Positions 57,525 to 64,000 of a stretch of 64,000 nucleotides of DNA are shown piece by piece (position 1 is the stretch's first letter; the number at the start of each line of letters is the position of its first letter). The notes beneath the pieces were generated by a model. It did no database searches. It worked only from the letters and a program-made list of their open reading frames with translations, and was not told the DNA's origin. The translations under genes were made by a program, and so were the position numbers. Origin of the DNA: an uncultured Gammaproteobacteria bacterium (GTDB taxonomy: Bacteria > Cyanobacteriota > Vampirovibrionia > LMEP-6097 > CAYGPN01); assembly GCA_964352085.1 (NCBI GenBank), contig CAYGPN010000001.1, positions 95,823 through 159,822 on the forward strand, read 5' to 3'.

Positions 57525-57622
57525 CACGTCATCACGAACGAAGTGAAGTGATCCATACACGTCATCACGAACGAAGTGAAGTGATCCATACACGTCATCA
57601 CGAACGAAGTGAAGTGATCCAT
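57525..57622. repeat. 3 tandem 33-bp units CACGTCATCACGAACGAAGTGAAGTGATCCATA
   Basis: Direct reading. A GTCATCACG...GTGATCC variant of the hairpin family. A degenerate tail runs to about 57652, abutting the Nudix ORF start. Confidence 0.9.
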
Positions 57623-57655
57623 CTAGATTGCCACGCCACTTTATGACTCGCAATA

Positions 57656-58240
57656 ATGGCTTTGCTCGAGATGACGCCTGATAAAATTAATAAAATGATC
57701 GAAAAGACAGTATCTAGCAAAATGATTTTTAAAGGGTCTTTCCTTAATGTAGTGCTAGATGATATAGAAATTGAAGACACAGAAATTAAGTCAAAAAGAC
57801 TTTATATAGAACACAATGGTGGCGTTTGCATAGTTCCAGTCCTAGATAACGGTGATCTAGTACTAATCAAACAGTTTCGCACACCACTAAAAAAAGTTAT
57901 TTATGAATTCCCTGCAGGCAAAATAGATCCAGGTGAAAGCACACTTGAAACAGCAAAGAGAGAGCTTAAAGAAGAAACTGGATACAATGCAAAAAGCTGG
58001 CAAGAAATAGGCGAGACCTACCCATCGCCAGGCTATTCAACTGAACTATTACACATCTATATAGCAAAAGATCTAAGTGCAGGAGAAACTGACTTAGATC
58101 ATGGTGAGTTTGTTGAAGTTGAAAAAATGTCTCTGAAAGATGCTTTAAGCAAAGTTCAGAGCGGTGAGATACGTGATTCTAAAACGATAAACGGCTTGTT
58201 TTTTCTAACAAACACGTTTGACGACAAATCCCCTATTTAA
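57656..58240 (+). CDS. ADP-ribose pyrophosphatase-like Nudix hydrolase
   Basis: Nudix box GKIDPGESTLETAKRELKEETGY. The true start may be a later Met (57671 or 57695), because the first codons lie at the edge of the repeat. Confidence 0.8.
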   Translation: MALLEMTPDKINKMIEKTVSSKMIFKGSFLNVVLDDIEIEDTEIKSKRLYIEHNGGVCIVPVLDNGDLVLIKQFRTPLKKVIYEFPAGKIDPGESTLETAKRELKEETGYNAKSWQEIGETYPSPGYSTELLHIYIAKDLSAGETDLDHGEFVEVEKMSLKDALSKVQSGEIRDSKTINGLFFLTNTFDDKSPI

Positions 58241-58244
58241 TGTT

Positions 58245-58505
58245 TTAGAATACGATGATAGAGTTGCGAAGACCCTCTACTACAGCTTGTGTTCTGTTTC
58301 TAACACCTAGCTTAAGAAGAATATTTCTTACGTGGTTCTCAACCGTTTTAGTGCTTAAACTAAGCTCCGTAGCGATTTCTGGATTTTTCAAACCATCTTT
58401 CATATATGTAAGCACTTCAAGCTCACGATTAGAAAGACTCTTCTTCTTTGTAGCGGGCGCAGCCATTGCCGCGTGATCACTCATCATTTCTTTGTAGTGT
58501 TCCAT
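58245..58505 (-). CDS. LuxR/GerE-type HTH solo protein (86 aa)
   Basis: LSNRELEVLTYMKDGLKNPEIATELSLSTKTVENHVRNILLKLGV. The track start overlaps lpxK by 29 nt. An internal Met at 58466 would remove the overlap. Confidence 0.75.
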   Translation of the reverse strand: MEHYKEMMSDHAAMAAPATKKKSLSNRELEVLTYMKDGLKNPEIATELSLSTKTVENHVRNILLKLGVRNRTQAVVEGLRNSIIVF

Positions 58506-59502
58506 ATCTCACTTTTTCCTTAATTCTAGTGAATAAATCTAGAGGATTTGGTCGAATGATCAAATCAGCTCTAGAAAAGGATGCTTTATACTCATCAGGA
58601 ATTTTGACATAATCCTTCTGAGTGCATATGAGATTCATACCCGATGAAATCAGCTCCCTAACCTCATCTATAGTGAACTGATGATGGTCAGGAAAAGAAA
58701 TAGACTTAATGGACTGAAGCTTATCTTTAGAAAGAGCTGGAACTAGCTCACTAAGATGGTTTAAGAGAAGGTTAAAAAAACTTTGATTATCAGCCAAAGC
58801 AGAGAAGGCACAGATCTCCTTCGACGGATCTAGTTCAGATGATATAGAAAGATCATATGCGATATAATCCTTTCCAGAATTAGCTTTAATCCAGTCATTG
58901 TCTACTTTAGTATGGATTAAAAAATCTACTTTAGAACCATTCCAAGGAAACTCTCTAAAGAAACCATCATTATTAATATTTTTAAGAATGATACTTAAGT
59001 CACGATCAAGTTTCACATGCTGCTGACCATCATCAAGAATAAGCAAATCAGAATGAAGCTCTTCAGAAGCATAAATTCCAGCGAGATAACGATCCTTGCA
59101 AACCACTACATTAATCTCTTTACCGCCTTGCTTATGATAGTCAGCCAAATCTTTAGCCATCATATATGGCTCATCACCAACAGCATTAGGATGATAGTTT
59201 TGAAAATTATCATGCTTTAAAAGTATAGGTTTATTAGTTACTTCACTGCCTTTATAGCCTCTTGAAAGAATGCTTACTTTATAACCCTCTTCACTAAGCT
59301 CTTTAGCAAGTTCAAGAGTAAATGGAGTTTTACCACTACCACCAAAAGAAAAATTACCCACAGAAATCACATAAGCATCAAGCTCCTTATGCTGCAGAAG
59401 CCCAAAGCTATAGAAAAGACATCTAAGTGAGTGCACTAGCTGGTAAGGGAAAGAGAGAAGAAATCTCAAATAAAATTTAATGCGTTTTAAGTCTATGTTC
59501 AT
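58477..59502 (-). CDS. lpxK: tetraacyldisaccharide 4'-kinase
   Basis: VGNFSFGGSGKTPFT P-loop typical of LpxK. Overlaps waaA. Confidence 0.85.
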   Translation of the reverse strand: MNIDLKRIKFYLRFLLSFPYQLVHSLRCLFYSFGLLQHKELDAYVISVGNFSFGGSGKTPFTLELAKELSEEGYKVSILSRGYKGSEVTNKPILLKHDNFQNYHPNAVGDEPYMMAKDLADYHKQGGKEINVVVCKDRYLAGIYASEELHSDLLILDDGQQHVKLDRDLSIILKNINNDGFFREFPWNGSKVDFLIHTKVDNDWIKANSGKDYIAYDLSISSELDPSKEICAFSALADNQSFFNLLLNHLSELVPALSKDKLQSIKSISFPDHHQFTIDEVRELISSGMNLICTQKDYVKIPDEYKASFSRADLIIRPNPLDLFTRIKEKVRYGTLQRNDE

Positions 59503-60832
59503 TACTTAAGAACTCCTTTAATTTATTTGCGGTATTAACTACAACTTCTTTATTTTTATCTACAAGATTAAGTGCTTTAGCTCCCATTAAAGTAAGCTCA
59601 TCTTTATCAGCAAGGATTCTTTTAAGAGCAAATTTTAAGTCTTGAAGTGTTTCACCAACTATAAGCGCGCCCTCATTTTCCATCATGGCAACAGTTTCTC
59701 TATTTTTGAAATAATTTGGACCAATTAAAACAGGTACACCATAAGCTGCTGGCTCTAAAACATTATGACCACCTACATCATCAATCACAGTCCCGCCCAC
59801 AAAAGAGATAGTTGAAATTGAAAAGAGCTTAGCTAAATCACCGATAGTATCAACTAAAAGAATATCGTTTTGATCACTAACTATTCTGCACTCGTCATCA
59901 CCATTAAGCGTTTTAGTTTTAAACTCAGTTAACTGAGGCTTAATTTTAGAGAATCGAACTGTTTCAAGCTGAGCTGCTGATTGAATAATATCTTCAACTA
60001 TAGTGAACCTTTCAGGGTGCCTTGGTGCAATTATAATTTTAAGCTTTGGAAAATCAACTTTAAGCTCATGGAAGATACTTAGTATGTAAGCTTCTTCGCC
60101 CGGGTGAGTGCTAGCAGCTATAAAGATTTGGTCATCTGCTTTGTAGCCAAGCTCGCTTCTAAGAAGCTCTGATCTACTTTTATCAATGGATCTATAAGCA
60201 GCAAATTTAATATTGCCAGTCATATATAAACGCTTCTTATCAACGCCAAGTTCTAAAAATTTACGGCAATCATTTGGTGACTGAGCAAGCACTAGAGATA
60301 TTTGGCTAAAAACCCATCTGAAAAAAATCTGAAAAGATTTATAACTATTAAAAGATTTATCAGCAAGCCTAGCATTAAGAACTACAACCGGAATATTCCT
60401 ATCTCGAGAAGCTGAGATTAGAGCAGGCCAAATCTCTGTCTCCATAAGGACTAGAGCTGAAGGGGAGATTTGATCTAAAACCTTAGAAACTATAAAAGGG
60501 TGATCATAAGGCATGTAAATTAAAGTAATTTCTCTATTTTTAATTTTCTTTGCAAGCTTTTTAGCAGCCATATCTTGAGCTGTTTGGGTGCTTGTGCTTA
60601 AAACTATATTCACTCCTTCAAATAAAGTTAAAAGTGGCATTAAAGCATTTAATTCACCAACAGAAACTGCATGAAACCAAATAGAATGAGCTTTAAAGTG
60701 AAACGGCATAGAGCCTAATTTCATAGACAAACCTTTTTTCCATTTTTTTATAAAAGTAAATGCAAGAATAGATAAGACTGGAAGCAAAAATGTCCATACT
60801 AAAAGATATAAGATCTTAAATAGCCTTATCAC
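59477..60832 (-). CDS. waaA: 3-deoxy-D-manno-octulosonic acid (Kdo) transferase
   Basis: WFHAVSVGELNALMPLL and the C-terminal GT-B block GGHNVLEPAAYGVPVLIGP. Confidence 0.85.
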   Translation of the reverse strand: MIRLFKILYLLVWTFLLPVLSILAFTFIKKWKKGLSMKLGSMPFHFKAHSIWFHAVSVGELNALMPLLTLFEGVNIVLSTSTQTAQDMAAKKLAKKIKNREITLIYMPYDHPFIVSKVLDQISPSALVLMETEIWPALISASRDRNIPVVVLNARLADKSFNSYKSFQIFFRWVFSQISLVLAQSPNDCRKFLELGVDKKRLYMTGNIKFAAYRSIDKSRSELLRSELGYKADDQIFIAASTHPGEEAYILSIFHELKVDFPKLKIIIAPRHPERFTIVEDIIQSAAQLETVRFSKIKPQLTEFKTKTLNGDDECRIVSDQNDILLVDTIGDLAKLFSISTISFVGGTVIDDVGGHNVLEPAAYGVPVLIGPNYFKNRETVAMMENEGALIVGETLQDLKFALKRILADKDELTLMGAKALNLVDKNKEVVVNTANKLKEFLSNEHRLKTH

Positions 60833-60885
60833 TCTATATTTTTAACACTAAAACTAAGAAAAAGCCCTAGATTTCACAATAAACA

Positions 60886-61518
60886 CTAATTCTTAGCACT
60901 AGATTTTACACGTTCATCTTTGCTATCAGCAGCTTGCCAATAAGCATCATTAGAGCAATCGTCAGCTATGAATAATGGCGCATTCGGATCGAGCTTTGAT
61001 TTATCAAAATTCTTAGTAATTTTTTCTAACATAGAGTCAAGCTCTATATACCTATCAGCCACATCTATAAGCTTTGGTGCTGTATTGTGCCTAAAGCCAG
61101 CCACCTCTACCCGCGCACCTTTAAAAGCGACAGCGTTAACAGCATAAGCAAAATCTTCATCACCAGATACAAGAATAGCTGTATCATAACTGTCAGACAA
61201 ACTAAGCATATCTACAGCAATTTCTACATCTAAATTTGCTTTTTTTGAGCCATCAGGAAAAGTTTTTAACTCTTTTTCAACAACTCTATAACCATTTCTT
61301 CGCATCCAAAGCAGGAAGCCTTTTTGTTTTTCTGCATTTTCATCAACTCCAGTATAGAAAAAAGCTCTAAGCAAAGTACCACCATCACACATAGACGATA
61401 ATAATTTAGAATAATCTATTTCTACTCCAAATATTTTTGCCGCATGGAAAAGATTATTTCCATCAATAAAAACTACTAACTTACCTTTACTAACAGCCGG
61501 ATTTTTTTGTTCAGACAT
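60886..61518 (-). CDS. NYN/LabA-like domain protein
   Basis: VVFIDGNNLFHAA, ANLDVEIAVDML and AILVSGDEDFAYAV, the acidic NYN/PIN-like residues. Confidence 0.75.
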   Translation of the reverse strand: MSEQKNPAVSKGKLVVFIDGNNLFHAAKIFGVEIDYSKLLSSMCDGGTLLRAFFYTGVDENAEKQKGFLLWMRRNGYRVVEKELKTFPDGSKKANLDVEIAVDMLSLSDSYDTAILVSGDEDFAYAVNAVAFKGARVEVAGFRHNTAPKLIDVADRYIELDSMLEKITKNFDKSKLDPNAPLFIADDCSNDAYWQAADSKDERVKSSAKN

Positions 61519-61674
61519 TCAAGAATCTCCATTTCCCCCGGTCTCACATTTACTCTCTATTTAAGCTTGTGCCACAAAACTGAACTTTAAAATCTTTCAG
61601 TTTGGCTTTTATAATTATTTAAAAATAAGCGAACTAATAATTTGAACATCAACCGGCTCCTCAGATTTAAAGGT

Positions 61675-63246
61675 TCAAGCTCCCACCAATTCAATCCTGT
61701 TAAATACTGGTTTAAGTTCTGTTGACATTCTAACACCTGATAGATCTGAAGACAAAGAACTATAATTGTAAATATTGACAAGAAGCTCTCTTCTTTCAGA
61801 TTTATTAATCTTTTCTTCATCAAGGAGCCCTAATTGTTCCATAATACGATTAGACAAATTCGGGCAAAGTGGGGCCAAAAATATAGCAGATCTTCTACAA
61901 GCTTCTAAAGCCGTATAAAGATATTTCGCAGCTTCATCTTTTTTAGCTTCTTTTATAAGCTTCCAAGGAGCCGCATCATTGAAATATGCATTAACTTTAT
62001 TTAAAGCTATAAATAATTCATCCAAAGCCGCATGCGAATTAAATTTATCCATATGAGAAATAAATGATTTCTCCAAAGCTTCAAAACTATCTTTGATTTC
62101 AGGGTCAAACTGACATTGTGGAAGCTCACCATCAAAATTCTTTTTAACAATATTTAAACTACGGTTTAAAAGATTGCCTAAATTATTAGCAAGGTCTGTA
62201 TTAAGTTTTTGAATAAAATTATCAAGAGTAAAATCCCCATCACGCCCAAAGACTAAATCTCTTAAGAAATAGAACCTGACAGCGTCAGAGCCGTAGCTCG
62301 CTGCAAGCTCAACAGGATCGATTACATTACCAAGAGTCTTGCCCATCTTCATGCCATCTTTAGTTAAAAAGCCGTGCCCAAAAACCATCTTAGGAACAGG
62401 ATAGCCAGCAGACATAAGCATTGCAGGCCAGTAGACCGCATGAAAACGAAGAATATCTTTTCCTATAATATGAACTATCTTTGACTCCTTAGACCAATAC
62501 TTATCTCTGTCTTCTTTTAATTCTGAAACATAGCCCAAAAGAGCATCAAACCAAACATAGATTTTCTGATCATCATCATTATCATCAGCAGACAAATCTA
62601 TACCCCATTCAATACCTAGACGCGAAATAGGAAAATCTCTAAGACCATCTTTAAGCCAACCTAAGACTTCATTTTTTCTATAATCAGGTGAAATGAAATC
62701 TGGATTCTTTTCTATGTATTTTTTTAGCTTATCTTCGTATTTAGAAAGAGCAAAGAAATAATTCTCTTGCTCATACTCATCAACAGCTTTTTTATGAGTT
62801 GGGCAGAGTCTTTTCTCACCAGCTTCGTCTTCATCAAGATCTTTTTCTAACCAAAAATCCTCGCAGCTAATACAATAGAGACCTTTATACTTTCCTTTAT
62901 AAATATCACCATTGGCGTGAACTTTTTTAAAGAACTCTGTTACGAAAGCTTTATGATTTTCTGAACTCGTTCTAACAAACTTATCGTATTGAATATCTAA
63001 AATTCCCCAGAGCTTTTTAAACTCAGCAGTAATATGATCACAGTGAACTTGAGGAGCCTTGCCATTTGCCTTAGCTGACTTTTCTATTTTCTGACCATGC
63101 TCATCTGTCCCAGTTAAGAAACAAACATCTTCGCCACGTTGCATCATATGACCAGCAATGAAATCAGCTGCCATAGTCGGGTACGCGCTGCCAATATGAG
63201 GCAGGTCGTTAACGTAAAACAAAGGTGTGGTTATATAAAAAGTCAC
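61675..63246 (-). CDS. metG: methionine--tRNA ligase
   Basis: YVNDLPHIGSAYPT (HIGH), Zn knuckles CISCEDF...CPTHKK, and KMGKTLGN (KMSKS). Confidence 0.95.
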   Translation of the reverse strand: MTFYITTPLFYVNDLPHIGSAYPTMAADFIAGHMMQRGEDVCFLTGTDEHGQKIEKSAKANGKAPQVHCDHITAEFKKLWGILDIQYDKFVRTSSENHKAFVTEFFKKVHANGDIYKGKYKGLYCISCEDFWLEKDLDEDEAGEKRLCPTHKKAVDEYEQENYFFALSKYEDKLKKYIEKNPDFISPDYRKNEVLGWLKDGLRDFPISRLGIEWGIDLSADDNDDDQKIYVWFDALLGYVSELKEDRDKYWSKESKIVHIIGKDILRFHAVYWPAMLMSAGYPVPKMVFGHGFLTKDGMKMGKTLGNVIDPVELAASYGSDAVRFYFLRDLVFGRDGDFTLDNFIQKLNTDLANNLGNLLNRSLNIVKKNFDGELPQCQFDPEIKDSFEALEKSFISHMDKFNSHAALDELFIALNKVNAYFNDAAPWKLIKEAKKDEAAKYLYTALEACRRSAIFLAPLCPNLSNRIMEQLGLLDEEKINKSERRELLVNIYNYSSLSSDLSGVRMSTELKPVFNRIELVGA

Positions 63247-63255
63247 AGATAAAAT

Positions 63256-63420
63256 TTACTCAGCAGTTTCAGCTTCAATAGCAGCTGCAGCTTCATCAGA
63301 TACAGTCTCTAAACTTTCATCAGCTTCATTAGCTGTGCCTGCTGAATTTTTAGGTATAAAGCAAGACGGGCAACACGCCGTTAAAGACATTCCAAGTAAA
63401 ATTGCTATTAAATATTTCAT
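63256..63420 (-). CDS. candidate 54-aa lipoprotein (not in ORF track)
   Basis: MKYLIAILLGMSLTAC has a lipobox (LTAC). An ATGA start/stop overlap couples it to the upstream 79-aa ORF. It ends 9 nt before metG. Confidence 0.5.
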   Translation of the reverse strand: MKYLIAILLGMSLTACCPSCFIPKNSAGTANEADESLETVSDEAAAAIEAETAE

Positions 63421-63656
63421 ATTAAGTTTTCTCCACTTGCTACTAAATTTTGGAAAGCTTTTTCAACCTTCGCTCTTTGCTCATCGCTAGTAGCTCTTTG
63501 ATAAGCAGCTCTATAAGCTGTCTCTTTTTTACAGTTTTTAGTAAGCATATACTTCTTAACTGCGATTTCCATATCCTCTGAGTTCAGAAGATTATCGATA
63601 TCAGATTCTAAATTCATGCCTCTGCAATCCATAACTAGTATTTTACTACAAAGCAA
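63417..63656 (-). CDS. small hypothetical protein (up to 79 aa; start uncertain)
   Basis: ORF coupled to the lipoprotein micro-ORF. Alternative Met starts at 63632 or 63617. Confidence 0.5.
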   Translation of the reverse strand: MLCSKILVMDCRGMNLESDIDNLLNSEDMEIAVKKYMLTKNCKKETAYRAAYQRATSDEQRAKVEKAFQNLVASGENLI

Positions 63657-63805
63657 TCTCTAGCAGAGACCTGTCAATATAATTGAAGTTTATTTTGATA
63701 ACTTTTACAGTAAGGCATCTTACTAAAACTAATGTCATCTATTGAAGTTGTTTTAGCAAAATACACTTCCTGTAAAAGCCAAAAAATAAAAACTTCAATT
63801 ATTTA

Positions 63806-63835
63806 GAAAAAAAAGACCCAGCTTTCGCCGGGTCT
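63806..63835 (-). terminator. Rho-independent terminator downstream of rplL
   Basis: AGACCC(A)GC-TTTC-GC(C)GGGTCT stem-loop, followed on the minus strand by a T run of 8. Confidence 0.7.
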
Positions 63836-63849
63836 TTAAATTTAAGTTA

Positions 63850-63901
63850 GATTGCTTCACTCATCATTGTGAGCAGCGAAGCGACGTGGCGATCGCATGA
63901 C
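63850..63901. repeat. hairpin repeat family copy
   Basis: GATTGCTTCACTCATCATTGTGAGCAGCGAAGCGACGTGGCGATCGCATGAC, between the rplL stop and its terminator. Confidence 0.7.
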
Positions 63902-63906
63902 AACTA

Positions 63907-64000
63907 TTACTTAAGAGTTACAGTTGCGCCTGCAGCTTCAAGATCAGCTTTCATTTTTTCAGCTTCATCTTTAGCTACGCCTTCTTTGATTGCTTTAGGT
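63907..64000 (-). CDS. rplL: 50S ribosomal protein L7/L12 (3' end only, runs off window)
   Basis: Minus-strand translation ...[28 protein letters not shown] matches the conserved L7/L12 C-terminus. Confidence 0.85.
   Translation of the reverse strand, partial: PKAIKEGVAKDEAEKMKADLEAAGATVTLK

Overview
AT-rich (by eye about one-third G+C, not computed) chromosomal segment of a diderm bacterium; lineage undetermined. Envelope genes include lpxK, waaA, an MlaF-like ABC ATPase and a class B PBP. Core genes are dnaA, dnaX, rpsD, the rplL 3' end, metG, rimM, trpF, pgi, gpmI and gcdH. Synteny is not proteobacterial: rpsD is solitary, rimM is followed by trpF, and dnaA is not followed by dnaN. I saw no rRNA, tRNA, CRISPR array, reverse transcriptase or prophage. 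Five things stand out. (1) pgi is bracketed by two inverted, about 33-bp-phased arrays of a 17-bp box (CCGATAAG-N3-WTTGWA). (2) Three tandem genes encode signal-peptide surface proteins that share an unusual, very basic C-terminal domain after low-complexity linkers. (3) Three clusters encode large, soluble-looking, K/E-rich ORFan proteins paired with small partner ORFs (10.5-18.1 kb, 18.2-22.8 kb, 32.3-37.6 kb). The middle cluster is translationally coupled, lies directly downstream of hipBA and contains a duplicated N-terminal domain. (4) A dispersed hairpin repeat family (GGATTGCTTCG ... CTCGCAATGAC and variants) sits at many gene 3' ends, and its densest copies flank a small GIY-YIG nuclease gene. 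(5) A RAYT-like Y1 transposase is bracketed by its own 23-bp inverted hairpin repeats. All functional calls come from motif recognition by eye; no database search was possible.
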